Source: Gaiellaceae bacterium
GTDB lineage: Bacteria; Actinomycetota; Thermoleophilia; Gaiellales; Gaiellaceae
NCBI GenBank assembly: GCA_035653435.1
Contig: DASRBY010000029.1
Coordinates: 79,979 to 143,978 of the forward strand
DNA: 64,000 nucleotides
Reading direction: 5' to 3'
Each line of letters opens with the position of its first letter. Within the stretch, counting starts at the first letter, position 1. Of this stretch, positions 24,674 to 32,344 are shown in pieces. A program made the translations under genes and the position numbers. Under the pieces are notes generated by a model. The model made no database searches. It saw only the letters and a list, made by a program, of their open reading frames with translations, and had not been told where the DNA came from.

Positions 24674-25908
24674 TCGCCCTCCGACTCGAACTTGAGATCC
24701 TGGTGGTGCAACTTGTGCCCGAGCTTATCCCGCTTGGCGGCCAGATAGCGAACGTTCTCGGGATGGGGCGGCATCTCGATCGGCACCTGCTCCGTCACCT
24801 TCAGGCCGTATGCCTCGACGCCGGAGACCTTCTTCGGATTGTTCGTCAAGAGGCGCATGGTGGTGATCCCGAGCTCGGCGAGGATCTGGTTCCCGATCCC
24901 CCACTCGCGCTCGTCCGCCGCGAAACCCAGCGCGAGGTTCGCGTCGACCGTGTCGAGCCCGTGCTCCTGCAGCTCGTAGGCCTTGAGCTTGTTGAGGAGG
25001 CCGATACCGCGCCCCTCCTGCGCCATGTAGAGGAGGACGCCGTGCCCCTCGGCGGCGATCGCGGCCAGCGCCGCCTCGAGCTGCTCGCCGCAGTCGCAGC
25101 GGAGCGAGTGGAAGACATCCCCCGTCAGGCACTCGGAGTGCACGCGGACGAGCACGTCCTCGCCGACCTCGCCCATCACGAGCGCGAGGTGCTCGCGGCC
25201 CGTAAGCGTCTCGCGGAAGGCGATCGCGGTGAACGCGCCGAACTCGGTCGGCAGCTGTACCGAGACAACGCGCTCGACGAGCCGCTCCGTACGTCGGCGG
25301 TACTCGATCAGGTCGGCGACCGTGATCATCCTGAGCCCGTGCCGTTCGCAGTAGGGGACGAGATCCGGGACGCGGGCCATCGTGCCGTCCTCGTTCATGA
25401 TCTCGCACACGACGCCGGCCGGAACGAGCCCGGCGAGCCTGGCGAGGTCGACGGCCGCCTCGGTCTGGCCGGCGCGGACGAGGACGCCGCCGTCGCGCGC
25501 CCGGAGCGGGAAGACGTGGCCGGGCTGGACAAGGTCGTGCGTCGTCGAGGCCGGGTCGATCGCGACGTGGATCGTGTGCGCGCGGTCGGCCGCCGAGATG
25601 CCCGTCGTGACTCCCTCTCGGGCCTCGACGGACACGGTGAACGCCGTGCCCAGGCGGGCCTCGTTGCGCTGCGTCATCGGCGGCAGGCCGAGCTGCTCGC
25701 AGCGCTCGCCGGTCAGGCAGAGGCAGATGAGCCCGCGCGCGTGAGTCGCCATGAAGTTGACCGTCTCCGGCGTCGCGAACTGGGCGGCGACGACGAGGTC
25801 GCCCTCGTTCTCGCGCTCCGGGTCGTCGACGACGACCACCATCTTCCCGTTCCTGATGTCCTCGACAGCCTCCTCGATCGAGGCGAACGGCGTGACGGCC
25901 GAGCTCAC
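24670..25908 (-). CDS. ribBA: bifunctional 3,4-dihydroxy-2-butanone-4-phosphate synthase / GTP cyclohydrolase II
   Basis: It has the DHBP synthase motif ENEGDLV and the GTP cyclohydrolase II motifs HSECLTGDVFHSLRCDCG and EGRGIGL. The GTG at 25908 overlaps the ribE stop (GTGA). Confidence 0.92.
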   Translation of the reverse strand: MSSAVTPFASIEEAVEDIRNGKMVVVVDDPERENEGDLVVAAQFATPETVNFMATHARGLICLCLTGERCEQLGLPPMTQRNEARLGTAFTVSVEAREGVTTGISAADRAHTIHVAIDPASTTHDLVQPGHVFPLRARDGGVLVRAGQTEAAVDLARLAGLVPAGVVCEIMNEDGTMARVPDLVPYCERHGLRMITVADLIEYRRRTERLVERVVSVQLPTEFGAFTAIAFRETLTGREHLALVMGEVGEDVLVRVHSECLTGDVFHSLRCDCGEQLEAALAAIAAEGHGVLLYMAQEGRGIGLLNKLKAYELQEHGLDTVDANLALGFAADEREWGIGNQILAELGITTMRLLTNNPKKVSGVEAYGLKVTEQVPIEMPPHPENVRYLAAKRDKLGHKLHHQDLKFESEGE

Positions 25909-26489
25909 GGCAGCCTCGCTGCGACGAGGCGCTCGACGACCTTCCCGAGCACGTCGGCCTCGAGATTGACCTCCTCGCCCACCTGCAAGCGACCCAGCGT
26001 CGTCACCGCGAGCGTGTGCGGGATCAGCGCGACCTCGAAGCCCTCCTCGTCCAACGCGGCGATCGTCAGGGACACGCCGTCGACCGCGATCGAGCCCTTC
26101 TCGATGCAGTAGGCGAGGACCCCTTCGGGCGCGTCGATCCACAGGCGCGGGCTGTCTTCCTCCGGGGCGACGGACCGGACGCGGCCGACGGCGTCGACGT
26201 GCCCCTGCACGACGTGGCCGCCGAGGCGGTCGCCGACGCGGAGCGAAGGCTCGACGTTGAGCGCGCGGCCCGCCTCGATGCTACCCAGCGCGGTGCGGGC
26301 GATCGTCTCCGGCACGACGTCGAAGGCGAGTCGCCCGTCCTGCACCTCGACGACGGTGAGGCAGACGCCGGCCAGGGACACCGAGTCACCGACGTCCGCG
26401 GTGGCCGCGGTCTCCGGCGCCGCGACCAGGAGCCGCGAGCCGTCGAAGGCGTCGACGGTCCCGAGCTCGCGGACGATCCCGGTGAACAT
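25905..26489 (-). CDS. ribE: riboflavin synthase (alpha chain)
   Basis: It has the MFTGIV N-terminus and two lumazine-binding repeats (GDSVSLAGVCLTV and GSIAVDGVSLT), for 194 aa. Confidence 0.9.
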   Translation of the reverse strand: MFTGIVRELGTVDAFDGSRLLVAAPETAATADVGDSVSLAGVCLTVVEVQDGRLAFDVVPETIARTALGSIEAGRALNVEPSLRVGDRLGGHVVQGHVDAVGRVRSVAPEEDSPRLWIDAPEGVLAYCIEKGSIAVDGVSLTIAALDEEGFEVALIPHTLAVTTLGRLQVGEEVNLEADVLGKVVERLVAARLP

Positions 26490-26499
26490 GCGACAAAGG

Positions 26500-27444
26500 T
26501 TACGGCTCGTGGAGATATGCCTCCACGAGGACGTCCTCCCCGGACGGCTCTGTGCGGAGGTGGAGGAGCTCGAGCGGCGCGCCGAGCTCGCCGAGCACAT
26601 GCGGGCCATCGCCCGCCAGGACCGGCGCGACGAAGAGGAGAAGCTTGTCGACGAAGCCGGCCGCGAGGAACGCCGTCGCGAGCGTCGGCCCGCCCTCGAG
26701 CAGCAGCGATTGCACGCCCTCTGCCGCGAGTGCGCGAAGCTCGTCCCCGAGCGGCCCACTGCGGAGCTCGAGCTCCGAGCCCTCCGGCAAAGGTCCGCCA
26801 CCGAACGCGAGCCGCCGCGGTTGCTTCGCGGCGCCGACGCCGCGTGCGTCGAGGCGCGGCGCATCCGCCCGCACCGTGCCGATGCCGACCGCGACGGCGT
26901 CCGAGGCAGCGCGCAGCTCGTGCACCCGCCGCCTCGACTCCTCCCCGGACACCCAGCGGCGGCCGGGGACGGTGACGCGCCCGTCGAGCGTCACCGCAGC
27001 CTTGTACGTGACGAAAGGCCGGCCCAGCGCCTTCCAGACGCGCCACGCCTCGTTCTGGCGGCGCGCGGCGAGGTCGTCGAGAAGCTCGACCTCGATGCCC
27101 GCGGCACGCAAGCGCTCCAGCCCGCGGCCGTCGACGACCGGGTTGGGGTCTCGGGCGCCGACGACGACCCCGGCGACCCCCGCCGCGACGACCGCGTCGG
27201 CGCACGGGGGCGTGCGCCCGTGGTGCGAGCAGGGCTCGAGGGTCACGTGGAGGGTCGCGCCCCTCGCCGCCTCGCCGGCCTGCTCGAGCGCGATCGCCTC
27301 GGCGTGACGGACCCCCTCGTACTCGTACCAGCCCTCCCCCAGCACGACGCCGTCCCGCTCGACGACGGCGCCGACGAGCGGGTGGTCGCCGGTCTTGCCG
27401 CGTCCGCGCTCGGCGAGCTCGAGCGCGCGCGCGAAGTGGCTCAC
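26500..27444 (-). CDS. ribD: bifunctional diaminohydroxyphosphoribosylaminopyrimidine deaminase / 5-amino-6-(5-phosphoribosylamino)uracil reductase
   Basis: The deaminase zinc motif HAEAIAL...PCSHHGRTPPC and a C-terminal reductase domain are present. The GTG start overlaps the rpe stop (GTGA). Confidence 0.9.
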   Translation of the reverse strand: MSHFARALELAERGRGKTGDHPLVGAVVERDGVVLGEGWYEYEGVRHAEAIALEQAGEAARGATLHVTLEPCSHHGRTPPCADAVVAAGVAGVVVGARDPNPVVDGRGLERLRAAGIEVELLDDLAARRQNEAWRVWKALGRPFVTYKAAVTLDGRVTVPGRRWVSGEESRRRVHELRAASDAVAVGIGTVRADAPRLDARGVGAAKQPRRLAFGGGPLPEGSELELRSGPLGDELRALAAEGVQSLLLEGGPTLATAFLAAGFVDKLLLFVAPVLAGDGPHVLGELGAPLELLHLRTEPSGEDVLVEAYLHEP

Positions 27445-28118
27445 TGGAGCGCCTGCAGGAGGTGGTGGTACGCGTCGCTCAGGTCACGGCCTCCGAAGAT
27501 CGCCGAGCCCGCGACGAGGAGCGTCGCGCCGGCTGCATGCGCCGGGCCGATCGTCTCGTTGTCGATCCCGCCGTCGACCTGGACGTGGACCCGCTCGGGC
27601 AGCGCGGCCCGTAACCGCCGGATCCGGTCGACCGCGTCCGGCATGAACTTCTGGCCGCTGTAGCCGGGGTGGATGCTCATGCAGAGGACGAGGTCGGCCT
27701 CCGCCGCGACGGCTGCGACGTCCTCGGGCTCGCTCTCCGGGTTGAAGGCGACCCCGACCTGCAGGCCGTGCTCGCGGGCGGCGGCGATCGTGGCTGCGAC
27801 GTCGTCGACGACCTCGTAGTGGAAGGTGGCGCTGTCGCCGCCGGCGGCCGCGATCTGGGGGAAGTGCCGCAACGGATTGTCGACCATCAGGTGACAGTCG
27901 AGCACGCCGCCGGCCTCGTGCACGATCGGCGCAATCGACTCGAGCACGACCGGCCCGATCGTCACGGGCTCGACGAAATGGCCGTCGCCGACGTCGAAGT
28001 GGAAGATGCGGCACCCGGCGCCGAGCAGCGCTCCGATCTGCTCTCCGAGGCGCGCGAAGTCCGCCGCGTAGAGCGACGGCTCCACCTCGGCCCTGCTCAC
28101 CCACTCCGGCCAGCTCAT
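27441..28118 (-). CDS. rpe: ribulose-phosphate 3-epimerase
   Basis: Motifs HFDVGDGHFV, DCHLMV, MSIHPGYSGQKF and VDGGI are present. The ATG at 28118 overlaps the rsmB stop (ATGA). Confidence 0.92.
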   Translation of the reverse strand: MSWPEWVSRAEVEPSLYAADFARLGEQIGALLGAGCRIFHFDVGDGHFVEPVTIGPVVLESIAPIVHEAGGVLDCHLMVDNPLRHFPQIAAAGGDSATFHYEVVDDVAATIAAAREHGLQVGVAFNPESEPEDVAAVAAEADLVLCMSIHPGYSGQKFMPDAVDRIRRLRAALPERVHVQVDGGIDNETIGPAHAAGATLLVAGSAIFGGRDLSDAYHHLLQALQ

Positions 28119-29329
28119 GCCGGCGATCGTAGGCGGGCGACGAAGAAGCCGCTCGTGCCATGGACGCTCGGCAGCGTGAGGAGGAACTCCGGCCGTGACG
28201 GGTGGGCGAAAGCGGGCCACTCCTCTCCCAGTGGCTCGACGCGCAGGCCGCTCGCGTCGACCACCGCCTCGCATTCGTCCGGGTCGAGCGTGCACACGGA
28301 GTAGACGAGCGTGCCGCCCGGCCGCACCCGTTCGGCCGCCGAGCGGAGAAGCGCGAGCTGGAGGTCGGGAAGCGGCTGCGCGCGCCAGCGCAGGTCGGGG
28401 CGCTGGGCGAGGACGCCGAGGCCCGAGCACGGCGCATCGACGAGCGCGCGGTCGTAGCCGTCGAGCTCCGCCGGGAGGGCGGTTCCGTCCGCCTCGACCA
28501 CGGCGACGTCCGAGCGGCCCATTGTCGCGAGGTTCGCGCGCAGCTCGCGCGCGCGTGCCGGATCGATCTCCACCGCCGTCACCTCGCCGCGCAGCTGACC
28601 CGTCTTGCCGCCTGGCGCGGCGCAGAGATCGAGCACCCGCTCGCCGTCGCGCGAGCCGACGCAGAGCCCGGCGAGCTGCGAGCCGCGGCTCTGCGGCCAG
28701 ATCCTCCCGTCCGCCACCAGCGAATCGTCCACCCGCTCGACGCGGTAGGCGCCGGGCACGTCTGTCGCTTCGGCGCCGGCCGGAGGATCGCCGCGCACGA
28801 GGCGAACGACCGTCTCGAGAGGCTCGTTCATCGCACGCATGAGCGCGAGCGCTCCGTCGGCTCCGAGCACGCGCACGAAGACCTCGTGGATCCAGTCCGG
28901 ATAAGACTCCTTCAGCGGCCCCTCCGGCAGCGCCTCGAGGAGCGGCCGGATCCCGTCGGCAAGGCGCCGCATTACGGCGTTCGTGAACGGGACGGCGCGC
29001 TCGAGCCGGGCGCGCCGCACGAGCTCGACCGACTCGTTGACGGCGGCATGGGGCGCAGTGTCGGTGTAGCCGAGCTGGTAGGCGCCGAGCCGCAGCGCGG
29101 CCCGCACGGGCGGATCGAGCTTGCGCACCGGCCGTCGGCCCAGCGTCTCGATCGCGTGATCGAGCGTCCTCACTCGCTGGACGGACCCGTACGCGAGCCG
29201 CTGCGCGAACCCCCGTTCCCGCTCGTCGAGGCCTTCGGCCGCGCTGCGGAAGGCGCGGTCCGCGTACGCCTCGTGCTCGAAGACCCGCAGCAGCACCTCG
29301 TAGGCTGCCTGGCGCGCCGGGCTGATCAC
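28115..29329 (-). CDS. rsmB: 16S rRNA (cytosine967-C5)-methyltransferase RsmB
   Basis: It has a NusB-like N-terminal domain and motifs DLCAAPGGKT, DAPCSGLGV and YSVCT. The GTG at 29329 overlaps the upstream stop (GTGA). Confidence 0.88.
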   Translation of the reverse strand: MISPARQAAYEVLLRVFEHEAYADRAFRSAAEGLDERERGFAQRLAYGSVQRVRTLDHAIETLGRRPVRKLDPPVRAALRLGAYQLGYTDTAPHAAVNESVELVRRARLERAVPFTNAVMRRLADGIRPLLEALPEGPLKESYPDWIHEVFVRVLGADGALALMRAMNEPLETVVRLVRGDPPAGAEATDVPGAYRVERVDDSLVADGRIWPQSRGSQLAGLCVGSRDGERVLDLCAAPGGKTGQLRGEVTAVEIDPARARELRANLATMGRSDVAVVEADGTALPAELDGYDRALVDAPCSGLGVLAQRPDLRWRAQPLPDLQLALLRSAAERVRPGGTLVYSVCTLDPDECEAVVDASGLRVEPLGEEWPAFAHPSRPEFLLTLPSVHGTSGFFVARLRSPA

Positions 29330-30036
29330 GAGCGGCAGACGAGGATCGCCCAGCCAAGCGACGCGCGCTGCCAGCGGAGATAGCGCTCCCGGCGGGCGGC
29401 CCCGAGCGCGCGAAACTCCTCCGCCTGCGGGTGCCTCGGGTTCGCCTCGAGCCAGCGGTCGAGCGTCTGCCAGTGCAGAGTCTCGTAGCGGTCCCAGTCG
29501 TCCTGGGACGAGTCGATCAGCGAGACCGCGCGCACCCCGGCCGTCTCGGCCCGCTCGACGGTCTCGTCCAGCGGAAGTAGCCCGCCGCGTTCCTCCGCGC
29601 CCTCCGGCGGCGGCGGCCAGACACGCCAGTACGGCTCTCCGACGGCGACGAGCGGAGCTGCGGCCGAAAGCCGCTCGAGGGTCGGCACGAGACCGTCGTA
29701 GACGAACGTTGCACCGAGACAGAGCGCCGCGTCGTAGCGCGCGAGCTCGAACTCGGCCGCGTCGCACTCGATGAGCTCGATCCGATCCGCGAGCCCCGCC
29801 GCCGCGACGCGGTCGCGCGCCGCCGCGAGGAATTCCGGCGCACGCTCGACGCACGTGAGCCGGCAACCGAATTCCTGCGCGAGCACGAGCGCAGGCCCGC
29901 CGCGGCCCGAGGCGATGTCGAGGACCCGGGAGTCCGGGCCGAGGCCGAGCCGTCGGCCGAGCAGACGGATCTTCGTCGCGCTCGTCGGGTTCTGGATCTC
30001 GTGCTCCGCCTCGGCGACCGCGTACCACCAGGTCAT
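29326..30036 (-). CDS. class I SAM-dependent methyltransferase (inserted between fmt and rsmB)
   Basis: Motif I reads VLDIASGRGGPA, followed by TCVERAPE. The ATG overlaps the fmt stop (ATGA). Confidence 0.75.
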   Translation of the reverse strand: MTWWYAVAEAEHEIQNPTSATKIRLLGRRLGLGPDSRVLDIASGRGGPALVLAQEFGCRLTCVERAPEFLAAARDRVAAAGLADRIELIECDAAEFELARYDAALCLGATFVYDGLVPTLERLSAAAPLVAVGEPYWRVWPPPPEGAEERGGLLPLDETVERAETAGVRAVSLIDSSQDDWDRYETLHWQTLDRWLEANPRHPQAEEFRALGAARRERYLRWQRASLGWAILVCRS

Positions 30037-30827
30037 CGACGGCCTCGCAGGTACGCGTCGTACGCCATGCGGCGGCCGCCGGCCGGCTGCACCTCGAGCG
30101 GCTCGAACGAGCCGTCGTCCTGCACTCGCGCCTGCCAGACGAGGAGGTCGCCGAGCCGCGCGCCGATGTGCGGCGAGAGCGCTCGGACGCGGTTCACGAG
30201 CTCCTGCGCGGGCTGCGCGAGATCGAGCTGGCGATCCTCCGGTCGGATCTTCTCCGCATACGTCGCGCCGTCCTCGGCCTGCGGCTCGAAGGTCGGCTCG
30301 TCCTTGTCGAGGACGTCCCGAAGGAGCTCAGCCGCTACCTCGGCGGCGTGCGCGTAGACCGCGCCGGCATCGTCCTCCGGAGCGATCGAGAAGGCCCGCT
30401 GCGCCGCGATCGGCCCGGCGTCGAGCGCCTCGACCGTGCGGTGGATCGTGACGCCGGTTTCCTCGTCCCCGGCCATGATCGCCCGCTCGACCGGAGCCGC
30501 CCCGCGCCAGCGAGGCAGCAGCGAGGGATGGACGTTGAGCCACAGCGCGCGCTCGAGCAGCGAGCTCGGGATCAGCAGGCCGTACGCGCAGACGACGACG
30601 GTGTGGGCCGCGACTCCGACGGACGAGTCGAGCTTCGCCGGCTGCTCGAAAGGGATCCCGAGCCGCATGGCCGTCTCCTTCGCGGGCGGCGGCGCGACCC
30701 GGCGTCCCCGGCCCTTCGGTTTGTCGGGACGGGTGAAGAGCTGCACGACGTCATGCTCCGCGGCGAGTCGATCGAGCACGTCCGCCCCGAATTGCCCGGT
30801 CGCGGCAACCGCGATCCGACGGGCCAC
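30033..30827 (-). CDS. fmt: methionyl-tRNA formyltransferase
   Basis: It has the HPSLLPRWRGAAP motif, follows def and has a C-terminal Fmt domain. The chosen start is the GTG at 30827, 5 nt after the def TAG. Confidence 0.88.
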   Translation of the reverse strand: MARRIAVAATGQFGADVLDRLAAEHDVVQLFTRPDKPKGRGRRVAPPPAKETAMRLGIPFEQPAKLDSSVGVAAHTVVVCAYGLLIPSSLLERALWLNVHPSLLPRWRGAAPVERAIMAGDEETGVTIHRTVEALDAGPIAAQRAFSIAPEDDAGAVYAHAAEVAAELLRDVLDKDEPTFEPQAEDGATYAEKIRPEDRQLDLAQPAQELVNRVRALSPHIGARLGDLLVWQARVQDDGSFEPLEVQPAGGRRMAYDAYLRGRR

Positions 30828-30832
30828 GGCGG

Positions 30833-31396
30833 CTAGCCGATGACGATGCGCGGGCGCAGGCTCGCGAGCGCCTCGCGCCGCGCCTCGGGCGTCGTCCGGT
30901 CGAGGATCAGGACGCCCTCGAGATGGTCGGCCTCGTGCTGCGCGACGCGCGAGTACGGCTCCTCGAGCTCGTACCGCACTTCGGCGCCGTGCTCGTCCTG
31001 CCCTGCAATCGCAATCGTCGCCGGCCGCTCCACGGGAAGGAGCACGCCCTGGATCGAGAGGCATCCCTCGTCCTCGACGGTGGTCTCCTCGCTGCGCTCG
31101 ACGATCTCCGGATTCGCGAGCGCGACCGTCTCGTCCTCGGCAACCTGGAAGACGAAGAGCCGCTGCAGCACTCCGACCTGCGTCGCGGCGAGCCCGATCC
31201 CGTTGGCATCGACCATGAGCTGTTTCATCCGGTCGACGAGCCGCCGCAGGTCGTCGTCGAACTCCTCCACCGGGCGCGCGGCCATCTTCAGCGCCGCGTC
31301 CGGATACTGGCGGATCTGCGCGAGCGCCAGGCGTCGTCGCGCCTGCTGCTCGGGATCGAGCTCCTCCTCCTTGATCTGTCCCTCGATTTCCGCCAT
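30833..31396 (-). CDS. def: peptide deformylase
   Basis: The three PDF motifs are present: GIGLAATQVG, EGCLS and HEADHLEG. The chosen start is the ATG at 31396, which has GAGGG upstream. An alternative ATG lies at 31432. Confidence 0.9.
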   Translation of the reverse strand: MAEIEGQIKEEELDPEQQARRRLALAQIRQYPDAALKMAARPVEEFDDDLRRLVDRMKQLMVDANGIGLAATQVGVLQRLFVFQVAEDETVALANPEIVERSEETTVEDEGCLSIQGVLLPVERPATIAIAGQDEHGAEVRYELEEPYSRVAQHEADHLEGVLILDRTTPEARREALASLRPRIVIG

Positions 31397-31422
31397 GGGG
31401 GCGGACTGTACCCTCGCAGGAC

Positions 31423-31953
31423 GTGGATCCAAAGACGCTGCGGGAGATCATGAACCAGGGCGCGACGCGGCCCGAGACGCCGCGCGAGCGCCACGAACGC
31501 GAGACGCTGGAGGCGGATCTCGAGTCGAGTCCCATCCGCGGGACGCCGCTCCGGCAGCAGCTGCGCAACTTCAGGCCCGACCCGGCCTCGGGAGTGCGCG
31601 CGCTCGGCGGGCCGACGGCGTGGATGCGCCGTCTGCGCGCGATCGAGGACGCGGTCGAGCAGCACGAGCGCCAGCTTGACGAGGCGTGGCGCGCCCTTGC
31701 CGAGGACGTGGAGGATCCCGCGGCGTTCGCGGCCGCCTGGCGCGAGCTGGCCGGCAACTGGAGCTTCGCCCAGGTGAACGAGCTGATCGAGCGCCACAAC
31801 CGCAACTTCCCTGCCGAGGCGCGGCTGGCCATGGATCCGCGGACGCGCGACTTCGTCCGCATCAACGGCCGGTCGTACCTGCGCGAGCCTCTCGACGAGC
31901 GCTGGGTGCTCGCCCGCTTCCCGCCCGACCGGGATGCGGCCCTGCGCGGCTAG
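31423..31953 (+). CDS. conserved hypothetical protein
   Basis: A 176-aa ORF with a GTG start (alternative ATG at 31450) and coding-like composition. I recognised no family. It is divergent from def. Confidence 0.5.
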   Translation: MDPKTLREIMNQGATRPETPRERHERETLEADLESSPIRGTPLRQQLRNFRPDPASGVRALGGPTAWMRRLRAIEDAVEQHERQLDEAWRALAEDVEDPAAFAAAWRELAGNWSFAQVNELIERHNRNFPAEARLAMDPRTRDFVRINGRSYLREPLDERWVLARFPPDRDAALRG

Positions 31954-32333
31954 CGCGGCCGGTTCTCGCGGTGCTGAGCCGCGCCCTCGACCTCGTGCAG
32001 CCAGGGCTCGCGGCGCTTGATCCAGATCTCGGCCTCGGGCCGTAGCTCGAACGGAGCGTCGTCGAGCGAGCCGAGCTGGAGCTCGACGTCCTCGTCGTCG
32101 AGGAGGAACAGGCGCGAGCCGCACCGGGGGCAGAAGCTGTCGTTGTCGTAGGTCGCGTACTCGCCCTCGACGCTGAACGCGGCGCGCGGCCACTGCCCAT
32201 AGATGGTGTACGTGCTGCCCGACCGCTTCCGGCAGTCGCCGCAGTGGCAGCGGCCGACGTGGAACGGCTCGCCGCGAACGGTGTACCGCACCGCGCCGCA
32301 GACGCAGCCCCCGCTGCGGGTTCTCTCCTCCAC
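31950..32333 (-). CDS. GFA (glutathione-dependent formaldehyde-activating / CENP-V) family protein
   Basis: The Cys pattern CVCGAVRY...CHCGDCRK...CPRCGS is typical of GFA zinc sites. The GTG start is at 32333. Confidence 0.8.
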   Translation of the reverse strand: MEERTRSGGCVCGAVRYTVRGEPFHVGRCHCGDCRKRSGSTYTIYGQWPRAAFSVEGEYATYDNDSFCPRCGSRLFLLDDEDVELQLGSLDDAPFELRPEAEIWIKRREPWLHEVEGAAQHRENRPR

Positions 32334-32344
32334 CGTCGCGGACT

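Noticed and set aside
27445-27700. FMN (RFN) riboswitch expected upstream of ribD
   Set aside because: There is no non-coding space. The ribD start overlaps the rpe stop and the region is rpe coding sequence, and I saw no RFN-like conserved stem pattern. A covariance-model scan would be the decisive test.
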